This document shows, piece after piece, positions 11,954 to 24,613 of a stretch of 56,835 nt of DNA. Where the stretch lies: NCBI GenBank assembly GCA_009103225.1, contig RHPI01002836.1, forward strand, positions 301,515 through 358,349. The letters run 5' to 3'. The translations under genes were made by a program, and so were the position numbers. Positions within the stretch are counted from its first letter, which is position 1. Each line of letters opens with the position of its first letter. The DNA is from Chlorokybus atmophyticus (Eukaryota; Plantae; Mesostigma and Chlorokybus algae). The notes beneath the pieces are model-generated. The model was not told the DNA's origin. It made no database searches and worked only from the letters and a program-made list of their open reading frames with translations.

Positions 11954-13950
11954 CTAGCGGTAGCTGCCCAGACCTTTGTCATCGATGCGTCGCACCAGCT
12001 GCATGTCCTTGGGCATGATGGTGATGCGCTTGGCGTGGATGGCGCAAATGTTGCTGCAAGGAATACAGTGGGTAAGCTGCCACAACCAGAGTGCGGGTGT
12101 GAGGAGGCACTGACCTCCTCTGAAAAAGCTCCACAAGGCATGCCTCCGCTGCCTCTTAAAGCGCCGACATGGCTGAAGCCTGGTAGTTGTATTGCCCTCT
12201 ATCCCCGGTAAAGCCCGTGCTCACCTCTCGGACCAGGCGGCAGAATGGAAGCTGCACGCGATGGACTCAAAAAGTCATGCATCATGTGACGCGCAGCTGT
12301 TGGACATTGGCAAGGGCAGCATGCACTCACGCACCTTGGGAAGCAAGGTGTCACATGATGTCTTATACTTTCTGATTTCACGCAGCGCCACCGTACCGGG
12401 CCGGTATTTATGCGGCTTGCTGCTTTTGCGCATGCCCGTAGTCTGCTCCTCTTGCTGCGCCTGCTGCGCCGGCTCCCCATTCGCATGCTGTTGCTGCGAC
12501 TCGGTCTACCCCTGCTGCGCTGTTGCATTTTTAGGCAATGACTTCTTGCCGGTGCGTGAAAGCGCCTGCTGTGCTCCCTTTTTGGCCAACTTGCGTTGCT
12601 TCTTGGGGGTCCCCCTTGTGGCCATGCGCTCCTTCGGTGAGCCGCTTGCACCTAAGCTCCGGATCTTGCGCTTCTTGCCTTTGGCCGAGGGAGATGCGAT
12701 GTCCTGTTGTTGGCGCAGGGCTACTTTCGCCCGGTTAATCTCGAGGTCGCTTCCTTGCGTGCTGCGACTGCCTGCAAATACAACTTGCGGTTTGCCAACA
12801 CACGCTGTGCACCCCCAATGTAGCGCTCAATGGCAATTCGCAATGCAACCGAATTGATAGTTGGCGGGTGTGGCAACAGGTGACATACACCACCATTGCG
12901 TTGCTACAGCAGAGCGGAGTAAAGTGGTACATGATATTCGCACCTGGTGTTGGGCTTTTTTGGCAGCCATTAGGGACTCCTGGAATTCCTTGATTTTGAG
13001 CTTGATTGGGTCTTGTTTGCGTTTAGCCTCTCCCTTTTTTGACGGCCCAACACTCTTCAGGTCTGCCTGCGCCTTCTCAAGCATCTTCTTCAGCTTGTTG
13101 ACTTGATCAATGCACCTGCTCTTTGCGTTGTAGGCGGTGCTACTTTTCTTTTAATTGCTGCAGACGTGTGGCGAGTGTTGTGTCCACATCCGGATGCGTC
13201 GCTACATTGGCAGCTGGTTGAGGCTGCTCCACAACCCCTCCGAGGGCAGTCCGAGGGGAGTCCCTCGCCAATGTTCGCAGTCGGCGTGTCGTTGTTGCCA
13301 GAGGATCGTTGTGCAAGAGTGCGGCCTTGGAGTATGGTGTCAGCATCGACCGCGGCTGCATCCGCCGCTTCCTCCAGTGTCTTCCCCTCGGCCAGTAGTT
13401 CAAGGAAGGTCTGCCAGTAATTCGGATCGGTCTCCCCAGGCGCACTCTCTTTGCGGAGCTCCGCCAATGTGACAGTCCTGTGGGGGCGAAGTGGTGCCTG
13501 CGGTAGGGTGTTATCTGTACTGCCTGTGCAACCACCACTGCGTGCGCGTATGCCTCCGTGCATAAGCAGTGATGCATATGCGCAACTGCTGTTGCGGATG
13601 CATCAACAGGGATCCACACACATACACTTGACAAGAGTTGTGCATACCATGTTGGAGGTATTGTGGCTGTCCCCACGTGCAGTGTCGCCCAGGACCCTTC
13701 CTGCACCTTCCTCTGGCGGCTCCGCATCAACGTTGGTGGTGGCTTGGAGAGGCAACGCCTGCATGGCAACTACTGTGACTTACAACGGATTTGGACATGG
13801 CACATGCATTACAAGTGCACAATGGCAATTTCGACCAATGTGCATGACAGCAGCAGCATGGATAAGAGTCCGAACTCACGTCGTTGGTCAAGTCTGATGG
13901 GGCAGGTGGCTGGACCACATCTGCGTCCACCTGTTATCACGCAAGAGAGT
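11954..13950 (-). pseudogene. Multi-exon gene ending in a divergent histone H3 fold (H3 variant/CENH3-like) with a long N-terminal extension; disrupted
   Basis: Exons 12771-12335, 12251-12115 and 12053-11954 splice to [96 protein letters not shown]. Stops at 12508-12506 and 12158-12156. The 5' limit is uncertain. Confidence 0.85.
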
Positions 13951-14369
13951 GCTGCAACATTGTGATGAAATATGCAAACACTGTGCCACTATCTGGTAGA
14001 GACAGAAGGCATGCAAATGCGTATCAACTCACCGCGTGGTTCACTGATTGTGGGTAAGCTGCCTGGCCCACCAAGACCGCACCCTGTGATAGAACAAGAT
14101 ACACACCGCCCGATTGTGTGCCACGAACAAACAACAACAAACAAACAACAAACAACAACCCAATTAGGCTGGCACTCTGTTAACAGCTTGCATGCAGAAC
14201 ACCGAGGCTGTGTGTGCTGCGCCTTACCTGCTGGTTTACCTCCATGTCGCCTTCCGTCGCTGCATCCGCAAAGAGGCGGCGAATGGTTATGTGCCAATCG
14301 CCAACACCCGCCATAGCTGCCGTCCGCAGCCTGTGATTTGACAGGTTTGATAGCCAGTCAAGGTTTGCT

Positions 14370-16800
14370 GCTAGAGTTGGCAGATGGCGGCTTGAACGAG
14401 GCATAATCCCTTTGCACTCACAGCAAGAAAGGCGGCAAGAAGGGCGGCACACACCTGGACCATCTGAACAACAGCCGCTGCACGCAATGCCGCTGCTAAG
14501 CAAGAGCCGGGTGAGTCATGTTGGCTGCTTGTGTGCGTTCCTATGGCTGAATTGTAAAGGTAGCGTGCATGTGGCTGCTGTGAAGGCACACTGTGTGACT
14601 GTGAGGCCTACCTGGTGTTGAATGCTGTGTTGTATCTGTGCGGTTGTTTGTTAGGCGACTCACGCATGTTGAATGGAAGGTGTCTGTGCTGTTTGCTTGG
14701 AAGTCGTTGGTTAGGCTGTGTGGCGTGGGCTGCGATTGCTGTTGGAGGGGCTGCTTGTGTGTGCTGCTGTGCTGTGTTCTGGCATTTGCGTGCGCAATCA
14801 TCTGTGCGTGTGTATGCTCATCAGTATGCGTGAGTCTGCTTAGTTCTGTGCATGCTCGTGCGCCCGATTTCATGCAGAGTGTGAGTTGGTTTGTGTGTGC
14901 GCGTTGCGTGCGTGCGTGTGCGTGCGTGCGTGCGTGCGTGCGTGTGTGTGTGTGTGTGTGCGTGTGTGTGCGTGTGTGTGCGTTGTCTTGTGTGTCTCTT
15001 GTAATGCTGGCAATGCACCATCTCGCACCCTGATGGCCGCTGTGCAGATGACACCGTGCGAACTTGGGGGGCTGCAACTCTGGGAGTTTCCAATTCCGGA
15101 ACCGATTTGGGAGGAGGAGGACTTGCTCCTTGACATCACGGACGTGCCGGAGTTGAAGGACATAGCGGGACAGGCAGACACAACATGGTGGATTGATGAG
15201 GTCCACTCCCTGCACCAAATCCGTGCTTTGGCATTTCCTTCGGTGATGCGCGGGTTGCAGCAATTTGACGGACTACTCCAGAAGTTAGAACCTGTGGAGA
15301 ACAAGGACTGCATGCTGCTTTGGAAAGATGTGTACGATGTCGCCAAGACCATGGCATGAGCATCCGCCAAGCGTCTATGCGACCTGCGAGTGTTGCGCGA
15401 CGCGATATCTCGCATGGTGGAGTTCCATAACAACACACGCATACACGCATACTTCGCACAGTATGCAGTGCTCTACGCTTCGCACTTCCACCGATGAGTG
15501 TGCGTTCCGGATGATGTCGGGGACTATGATGCATTGAAAGCACAGATGCTCTTGGTGACGCTGTTCTGACTACCTGCCTCGCATGAGGAAGTCCTCCGCC
15601 CCACTGCGTTGCGCAGTCAACACCCGTGAAGAGAGGTCGCGGAACATGGGCCTACTTCCCTTCTTCATTGTCAGCTGGGATACGGTGGTTTTGTGGATGA
15701 ATTTATTGCTAGCGGTCTCATTGGCACGCAACTGTCTATGCCTAACAGTTCTACATCGCGCAGATGACACCGAGAGAGCATACGTGCGTCAGCGCGACTT
15801 CACCTGGTGGCAGGAAGGAGATTCATCTCGCGCGTCTCGAGTCTTGCAGGCTATCGGCCGCCTGCTGTGGAATGTTAGGAATATTGATCTCATAGCCTCT
15901 GCCCATGTGCGCATGCCGGACTTCCAGGCCTCGGTCAATCACGCACGTGCGAAACTCCGACTGCCGAGACTTAGCTTCACGGGCTACGAGGTGGTTGAGG
16001 AGCCGCCGCCGCTAGACCTGACACCGCTGATGCAGACTTAGCGCCGTGCTGTACTCACACCAATTACGCAGGCACTCGAGAGGGCGGATGAAGAGGAGGG
16101 ACCAAGGGACCCCTGCGTAAGCGACGCGTTGGAGTCAGCGGTGCCTGCTGGTCAAGGAAGCCCTGTGCTTCATCTCGTTGGGATGATTAACACGGGCATC
16201 CTGTGTGTGCACAACAAATTGAGCCCGCGACATCGGTGGAGGCGGTTCGCTCTGCGGGCTCTCACGTGGGCGAATCCCGAGTGTGTGGCAAGCGACATCC
16301 ACTCCCTACGAAGTGCTGGTGCATCAAGGCCTCTTGGAGCACCTGTTTGGTGTGCATGTGGTCAACACGCCAGGTGAGCATTGTTTGAAAGTCCTCTCAT
16401 CTTGCGGATTGCCAATCGCCTGCCATTGCAACTGTTTCAACACAACTTGGGCAATTCGTGTGACCTTTTAGCGATGCTGGAGGTCGTGCTGGAGGATGTG
16501 ATGGACATGCCGGAGGGCGAGCGCAAGGGTGCGTGGCCGCTTACAGGTGTCGTCCTACCAGCCTCTTTTACGCCACTACACCTAGCAGCGGACATCAAAG
16601 CAAGAGCCCACAAAGCAATGCACATGAGCCCGCACGTCAGCATGAGGCTGGGAATGAGCAGCGAACATGGCGACTCACCGGTGCAGGTGAAGGAAGAAAG
16701 AGCTGAAGACCCCGACACACCCATCGCTGGCTTTGAAGGGCCCCCAGAGACGCTTCAATACTGCCATGTAACGACAAGATATCTGCCTAATATACATTCC
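14370..16800 (+). pseudogene. Unidentified multi-exon cargo gene (gene X), disrupted
   Basis: Protein-like frames 15048-15359, 15583-16041 and 16381-16890 linked across stops/frameshifts, with GT..AG junctions; no recognisable domain. Confidence 0.45.
14900..14990. repeat. (GCGT)n/(GT)n microsatellite in a putative intron
   Basis: Directly visible. Confidence 0.85.
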
Positions 16801-16989
16801 CTCTCCCCTGCCCTGTCTACTGCCTGCCTGCTGCTGCAATGCATGTCTAGGTCATTATCCTATATCTTGGTGGTTGTGGGCTGTGTATAGGTAGGTCCTA
16901 GCACTGCTCTGGGCCCCCCCAAATCTGTGTGGCTAATACATTTCTGCGTGTGGCCTGCTAGCACACTACTTTGCACCCTCTTTGCTTTA

Positions 16990-17740
16990 CATTCCCACTT
17001 GTACTATAGTGTATACTACGCCAGTTGCACTTGTAGCACACTCCCACACTACTCTTATAGTGCCACTTCTACAACACTCTACTACACTTCAACACTTCAC
17101 AACACTTGTATAGTGTACTTGTGCAAAGAGGGTGTATGTTAACATACACACTCTAGAGATCTGTGCACAATTATGAACGTTCCTTTGCACTGTAGTGATA
17201 TAAGTACATATATTGAAGTACACTACACTAATATATTGAGGGTTGTGCCACTTCTACAACACTCTCCTTTGCATTGTAGTGATATAAGTGCATATATTGA
17301 AGTACACTACACCAATATATTGAGCGTTGTGCCACTTCTACAACACTCTACTACACTTCAACACTCCACACTTGTATAGTGTACTTGTGCACAGATGGTG
17401 TATGTTAACATACACCCTCTGTGCACAAGTATGAACGTTCCTTACATTGTACATTAGAAGTACATATATTAAAGTACACCAATGCTATAGTGCCACTTCT
17501 ACAACACTCTACTACACTTCAACACTCCACTACAATTGTATGTACATATTGTGCATATAGGTGCACGTCACGGTGTACGTTCTTATAAACCTACGTGTGA
17601 TAGTACATATATGGCTATTAGTAGTTCGTGCTTGCACCAATCGTATACTACTTTAGTTGCACCTATTAGGTACTACACTACTGCTGTAGTGCCACTTCTA
17701 CAACACTCTACTACACTTTGACACTCCACTACCCTGTATG
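16990..17740 (+). repeat. AT-rich degenerate repeat block (GTGCCACTTCTACAACACTCTACTACACTT units; one 84-bp tandem pair)
   Basis: Unit recurs near 17060, 17245, 17330, 17490 and 17690. Confidence 0.8.
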
Positions 17741-18226
17741 GCTATATTGCAATATACAAACGTACATGACTAATATAGTTGTGCTTGAACTGTGCATATG
17801 GTGTATACCGCTATAGTTACGTGTGTAATACACTTCTACATTAATATACACAGTTCACGTAGGTCGTAATTCCTCTCCTACACTACATTTGTAGTGTTGT
17901 ATACTATACATGTATGCATATAGTTTGTGTATACACGATTATGAGTCTGCTTCAACAGCACGATACTCCACTTTTATTCCCTACTTAAGTTGACTGTTCA
18001 ACCATCCTGGAAGGTTATATTATGATTAATATATGTTCCTCGTGTTGTACAAGGAGTTTAAACTGGCTGCATCTTTGGTTCAAAGTGATCAATCCATTGC
18101 ATTTGCACAGGTCACTCATTTGCATGTGGTCACTGTACACATAATGGTTATAATGGCTGCGGGCTTTGTGAAAGGTTTTGCGGTGTGGTTAAGGGGAAGG
18201 GTTAAGGATAGGGCTAGGGGCATACA

Positions 18227-18295
18227 GTTAGGGTTAGGGTTAGGGCTAGGGTTAGGGTTAGGGTTAGGGCTAGGGCTAGGGTTAGGGTTAGGGCT
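18227..18295 (+). repeat. Interstitial telomere-like (TTAGGG/CTAGGG)n
   Basis: About 11 hexamer units; a short tract also at about 18728-18740. Confidence 0.9.
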
Positions 18296-18483
18296 GGCAC
18301 AATCGTTTGCACGGGTAGTATCAACATGCGAATGCGCACACATGAGACAACATGACGAGACTGCAGTTGGAGTAGCTGGGTTGCATTGAGACGCTCGCAT
18401 GTAAGCCAACATTTAATGATGCTAAGGGTTAATCCGTGCTATGTAAAACCTCTCTCTACAAGTACATCTGGTGGGTCCGCCAG

Positions 18484-20697
18484 TCAGAAAGAGGCTGCAA
18501 ACCAGATGGTCGTCTTACGTAGTGCTTCACTCCACTTCGGATTACCTCCCGGCAGCGAATGACGCGCCGCATAGCCGCGTACTTGACCTTGCTCCGCACC
18601 ACGGTGGAGTCCTTGAGACTGTGTGCGAACTCCGGCGCACTCTCCAGCACATCGTCCGTGTTCAAGATACGCGCATACACAACGTCGTTCCATCGTTTCG
18701 TCCCACATGGTGTTGTCCCCGTCCAAGATTAGGGTTAGGGTAAGTTCTCGCAGCTCAACTATATCACTGCTGACCGGATGCACCGGGCCATCCACACCTG
18801 ACAATGGCAACCTCACCGCAGTGCGATGCACGTCGTATGCAAGGCGCACGGTATCCGGCGCACTCCCAAAGGGCACGAGTAAGAGCATTGCCTTGCGTAG
18901 CACATCTTGAGCAGGAACATACAATGGAGTGCTGTGGTCCTTGTCAACAGGGATCGCTGCCATGTCACCGACAACATTTCCTGGCATACCACCGTGGAAA
19001 ATGGAGTACACCCTCAGGCGCAATATGCATCGACAGTACACATGCTCGTGCAACAGCATGCCGAACAATTGCGCGATGCCCATTTCACGTTCGCTGACGC
19101 GAAAGACCACGTTCTCTTGCTTCCCGCAAACGCACAATGTCATCCGTGGAACCCGCGATATGCCATTGCAATCACAGGTTGTATGCACTTCCTACCCACT
19201 GGGCAAACGCACGCATATCATTCAATTTGAATTGAAACTGCGAATTGCTACCCTCGAGCACAATTGCATACATGATGGCTAACATGGCAAATTGCAGCAT
19301 CAGCCCACAATGACAAACTGTATATAACCCCGCGTATGCTGATGGCCCTGAAGTGAGTCGCCACTTGTAACGCTGTTTTCTGGCTTGTTGCAGTTCATGG
19401 ACTGCAGCACGCCAACTACTCCACTGTGGTCCCTAACGGACAGCGGTTTCATTGAACCTTCTCCAATGAGAACGCAATCTCGTGCCTCTTCAGCGATAGA
19501 GAAACACGGATGCAACTCAATTACACGCCACAGAGCACGAGCCGCATCCATGCTGCGCGCTTGGAACCAACCCTTGCGGTTGAGGGGCTGCACTTCAGTC
19601 ACCTTCTCCAGGGTAGAAGGCCTGTAGTGCGTCATGTTGTGTGCTAACGCTCGCTCGCTGTCGCGAAGACCAGTGATGTGGTCCAGCTTGATCTGCTCCA
19701 CCATGCACACAAACCACTCCCACGCATTGTGATGGATGTACGTGAACTCGTATTCCTTCTTGTTCGTGTGCAACTCCAGGTGCTCGTGTACTTTGCGCTC
19801 GTATACATAGCACCAGTAGATCTCATGCGTGCCATGATTGACGATGTCCTCCAGCAAGTGCCCAGCCCCTGCCGCGTGCTCCAGCGCCTTGCTGTTCGTC
19901 CCCAAATACTCTTCAGACATGACTCGCCAGTGCCGCAGCAGGGCATCAACGTAGTTCATGTGGCCCCTGGTCCATCCGTCAACCCGTGTCACGTGATAGA
20001 ACATGCGGAATATCTCGTGCGCAGTCATGCATAGATCGCGCTCGACAGGGTGAGCAGGTCTGTAAGATACGGGATGACCAGCTGCACGAACTTCTAGTAC
20101 TCCTCCGCCTTCCACCAGCCAAGCCTGCAAGGTCGTTGCATAACTGGTCACGAACTGCCACCGTCAACACATGTGTGCTGGAAACGCGCTCATCTGGCAA
20201 TTCGTGCACATGATTATCGTATTTCAAACCACCAACCCTTCTACCAACAACACCTCACAAGACTTGCCTGGATGTAATTCCGTAAGGAAAACGACCAGCC
20301 TTTAGCTCGGTGGTAAGTGACTTTTGAAACGCCTCGAGACGGTCATGGACCCTCTTCCTGTCCGCTGGAGCCATTGCACTAGATCCACCTGTCTCTCCCC
20401 CCCCGAGCCAATTAAGCGCTTGCACAGCGACTTGGCCATGTTCTCAGCCAAGACATGCATAGTGTCAAACACCAGGTCAAGAACCGGGTCGAACTCGTAC
20501 AAGTGATACAAGCGCCACAGGGGACTGTATCCCTTCACGCTAGTGTTGAATCCAATTTCCTTGCGCACGGCCCATTCAGGCGCGATGCCCGAAGCGTCGG
20601 GTTCATGGCGGAGCGCAACCTCATGCATCTCCGCTGCATTCCGTGCAGGTGGGGGGTGACGGTTCAGCTCACGATTGAGTGAATACACGTAACGCTT
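18484..20697 (-). pseudogene. Divergent CACTA/EnSpm (Tnp2-related) transposase, C-terminal portion, frameshifted and 5'-truncated
   Basis: FDTMHVL (DxMH motif), HLLEDIVNHGTHEIYWCYVYER (H..I..G..W.Y.ER motif); ORFs 20302-20688, 19300-20151, 18484-19188. Confidence 0.7.
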
Positions 20698-23600
20698 GAT
20701 GCTGCTGTTGTTGGCTGCAGCCTGCTATTCCAGCTCATCACGCCTCCGTTCAGCTTAAAGACGTAGCCTGTAGTGGACCTCCTGCTATTGAGGTCACCAG
20801 CAAAATCCGAGTTGCAGTAGCGCTCCAACGCAATGCTCCCGCTCCCAAACTTGATGCCAACTGTTGCGCTCCCAGCAACATAGCGTAGTACTCCCTTTGC
20901 TGCTCTCCAGTGCTCCATGCTCGGTGCAGACATGTAGCGAGCAAGTACTCCCACAGCATGTGCAACATCGGGACGCGTGCACACTGCCAGATAGAGCATG
21001 CTGCCTACCAGCTCACCATATGGATACAGAGCCTTGTCGAGTACGTCCTCATCCTTTGCCTTGATAAGGGCAGTGCCAAGTGCCAACGGTGTGGTCGTGG
21101 TCTTCGCTTCAGTGAGCCCAAACTTGGTGACGAGTCTGCTCACCATTTGCTCCTGACTGATCTTGATTGTGCGAGCAGCCCTGTCGCGCTCAATCACCAT
21201 GCCAAGGAACCACTTGGCCTCTCCAAGATCATGGACTGAGAATGCTTGCTGTAGAGCAAGTTTCGTCCCCTGCAGGTGGTGCACCTGCCTGGCGGTGATG
21301 ATAATATCATCAACATACACGAGCAGCCAGACCTTGTTGTCTGCATAGATGAAGAGCCCAGGGTCTGCAGAGGATGCGGTGAAGCCAAGTGCCTCCAGCT
21401 CCTTGGTGAGCTTGATGTGCCACGTACGCGGTGCCTGTCGCAGCCCGTACAGTGCCTTGATCAGCTTGCACGCTGTGCCTCTCTCCCCTTCCTCATATCC
21501 AGGTGGTTGCTCGATGAAGATCTCCTCCTCCAGCTCTCCGTAGAGGAAGGCAGTCTTCACGTCGAGGTGATGCAGCTTGAGGTCCTCAGCAGCAACCGCA
21601 GCTAGCAGTGCACGGAAGGTGGTATGCTTACTTGCAGGTGCAGACACTTCGTTGAAGTCCACACCTTCCTGCTGCAAGAAGCCTTTTGCCACCAGTCTTG
21701 CCTTGTAGCGCTCAATGTTGCCCTGACCATCACGCTTCACCTTGAAGACCCATTTCACTGGAATGGTCTTCACTCCTTGCGGTAGCTGCTCCGGTGACCA
21801 AGTGTTGTTGGCATGGAGTGACGTAATCTCCTCGTCCATAGCACGCTGCCATTGCTCCGCATCCAGTGCTAACAATGCCTCCTCGTAGGTGCTTGGCTCC
21901 TCATTCTGCACACTGGCGACGTGTGCCTTGTGTAAGAATCAGGTGCCTTTCTCTCCCTCACTGGGTATTTCCGAGCTGCGTGCTCCTGCTGTTGGTACGG
22001 CTCCTCTTGGCCTGCTACAGCTGAGTCCTACTCACCCTTGTTGTTGATGATGGCTTTGCCTGTNTCCGGCTGTGCATCATCTTCAGGAAAGAAGCCTGCT
22101 TTTGGTTGTGATAATCCCTCGTGGAAAACCACCTCTCTGCTCACAATGATCTTCTGAGTGTCCTCGAGCAAGATCCTGTAAGCACTAGTCCATATGCCGT
22201 GCATCCAAACACACGCATACCACTCACATCTGGTGTTGCTCCATAGAAGTGCTCCCACGGAGTCTTCTGCTCTGAGCTCACCGGAGACCTGTTGCGATTA
22301 TAGTTGGCAGTGAGTACCGCCTCCTTCCACAAACTGTCTTCCATCTTTGTGTCGTTGAGCATGGCTCGAACACGCTCCAGGAGTGTCCTGTTGAGGCGTT
22401 CAGCTGCTCCATTCTGCTGCGGGGTGTAGGGTGCCGTTGTCTCGTGGCGTATGCCCTTGCTGGCGAAGAACTCCTTCAACTCCTTGTNCCGGTCACTCCT
22501 CATTGCCTTCATCTTGTTGCTAGACTGCGTCTCCAACAAGGCCGTAACTGTGCGCACAGCTCCAGCAACTTCTGACTTGAGCGTTAATGGAAAGATAATG
22601 GACAGCTTGCTGTAGTCGTCGAGGAATGTAGCAAAGTACCTGGCCCCTCCCTTCGCCACAATGCGCATAGGGCCACAGACATCCATGTGCACAAGCCCGC
22701 AAGGATGCTGACTGCTAGAAGAGGATGATGGGAATGGCATAGCATGCTGCTTTGCAACCAGGCATTGTTCACAAAGTGCACCTGACGCATTCTTGAGTTC
22801 TTCTGTGCTGAGATGGATGCCCTTGACCATCTTCTCAGCGACAAGGCGAGTGAGGTTGACGTAGCTGAGATGCCCGAACCTTCAATGCCACAATGTTGGC
22901 GACTCCTTGTCCTTCACCACCATGGCTTGAATGTCAATGTCTTTAGGGTGCTGCTCCACGTGGTAGAGCCCTCCCGGATCAGCGATTCCAACCATGTGCA
23001 CAACCCCATCAAGGATGACTGTGCAGCCACCCTTCCGAAATAGGATCTCCGCGCTTAAGCGCTCCGCAACCCTCACAGAGAATAGACTCGCAATAGCCTT
23101 AGGAACATGCAGGACGTTGCGTAACAACACCTCGCGTAGTGTGTTACCAACCTTGCACTGGAGTCGTACGTTGCCAACTCCCTCAGCCACCAGTACTTCG
23201 CCACCGAAGCCCGCCACCTTAATTGTGGACGTCAGCTTCCTGTAGCCCTCCATCACCTCCTTGTTTGGTGTGAGATGACGATCGCAGCCAGAGTCCACCA
23301 CCCAGAAAGCTGTGCCCGCCCTCGAACTGGATGCAGTGAAGGCGACATGTTTCTCCTTGTGTTGGTGCTCGTTGCCGCTGTTGCTGGTGCTTGCTCTAGG
23401 TTGCCCCTGTTGTTTCTTCCTACACTCTTTCACAATGTGCCCCGTCCAACCACACCAGTGGCATGTGAGGTCTTTATGACGAGGATTGCCTGGCTTGTGG
23501 CCCTTGTACTTCTCTTCATGGTTGCTCTTCTTTGCGTGCTTGCCGGTCTAGAAGGCAACGGCATCCACTTGCTCGTCCTTCTTCACAACCCTCTCCTCCA

Positions 23601-23701
23601 CGGTGAGCAGCTTCGGTAGCACATCGTCCAACGTCAACTCCGATGATGACATCTCCAGCAGGGTTGCGACGACCTCATACTCTGCTGGTAGCCCTGCAAC
23701 A
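20698..23701 (-). mobile_element. Copia family B copy 2: gag C-terminus, protease, integrase, RT, partial RNase H; 3' end deleted
   Basis: CHWCGWTGHIVKEC, WVVDSG, WH..FGH, YTPQQNGAAER, YVDD. Homology to copy 1 stops at GCAGCATC (20698). Confidence 0.95.
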
Positions 23702-24102
23702 ACTCAGCTCAAGAGAAGGTGACGAAGAGCGTGTCACATGCGAGTGGTGGAGTGATTCCATGTGTGGAGGTTGCTGGTGGTGTTAAGAAGGCTGAAGGTG
23801 CAGTTCCGGAGCCCGTGGGAGCCAAAGGAGGCGTTGGCATCAGCAAGGACAAGAAGGAGAAGCATGGTGGTGGTGGTGTGCAGGACGTTGCCGAGAGTGA
23901 GCACGTGGGAGCACATGCAAATGACCATGAGAGTTGCAATAAGGGTGTGCAAGTGAAGAGCTTCAAGGAGGCGCTCATGAGAGGTGCGGGAAGTGTTTTT
24001 AAGATGGTTGGAAGAGCAAAGGATGGCGTGGGAGTTCGTCGCACAGAAGTACGCAAGGAGTTGGCATCGAAGGTGTCAAAGGCCAAGCTGCCCGCGTGGG
24101 AG

Positions 24103-24571
24103 TGTTGAGGATATTCTTGTATCCGGTCAGCTTGCCTTGTGGATAAGAATAGCCGCGAGAAGATTCAGGCGCAAGAAGGTTCAAGTCGAGAAAGGTCCAG
24201 GCGAGGACTTCAGTCGAGAAGGTTCCAGGCGCGGAGTCGAGTCCGGAGTCTGGAGACTTCCAGGCGCTGTAGAAGAAACGTTGTAGCTCGGTGGTTACGT
24301 CATTGTATGGCGCGTGTTGTAGCTTGTTGAAAAGCTCTTGAAAGTAGCTACGTGTTGCAACTTGGAGCGCAGAAATCGGTTGAGTGTAGAAGTCGTGGTG
24401 GCTTCTAGAGTAGACAGGTGCAGAACTGGCGGGTATAAAAGCCCGCGGTGTGACTTTGTTGTAATCCTTAGAAAGCCTTTTGGATCAGCCTTGTGTGTAT
24501 GCTCTGGTAGAGTGTGTGTACTTGTGCTTGCACCAACTCCATGCATGGTCAGTAGTGTCCGAATCTCAACA
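24103..24571 (+). repeat. Family A 3' LTR (in the inverted segment)
   Basis: Preceded by PPT GCGTGGGAG and followed by TSD AGCCT. Confidence 0.95.
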
Positions 24572-24613
24572 AGCCTTGGGTGTCAACTGCAAGTGAAGGC
24601 AGGCACGACAAAG

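Noticed and set aside
11361-12211. ORFs spanning N runs (also 38007-38810)
   Set aside because: Open only because N codons contain no stops.
10817-12508. Possible TAA/TAG = Gln genetic code (as in some ulvophytes), since stops fall at Gln positions
   Set aside because: The 1177-aa Pol has many Gln residues and no in-frame TAR, and gag and the H3-like gene end in TAG; C->T decay explains the stops.
11954-12771. Functional host CENH3 or canonical H3 locus
   Set aside because: Two premature stops and a probable frameshift, no canonical H3 tail, and it lies inside TIRs; orthology needs a phylogeny.
18033-18389. ORF with a poly(LG) tract
   Set aside because: Translation of the telomere-like hexamer.
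22064-22488. Apparent frameshifts/deletions in B integrase at single N bases
   Set aside because: Copy 1 shows the N at 22064 replaces about 22 bp, so these are gap placeholders, not mutations.
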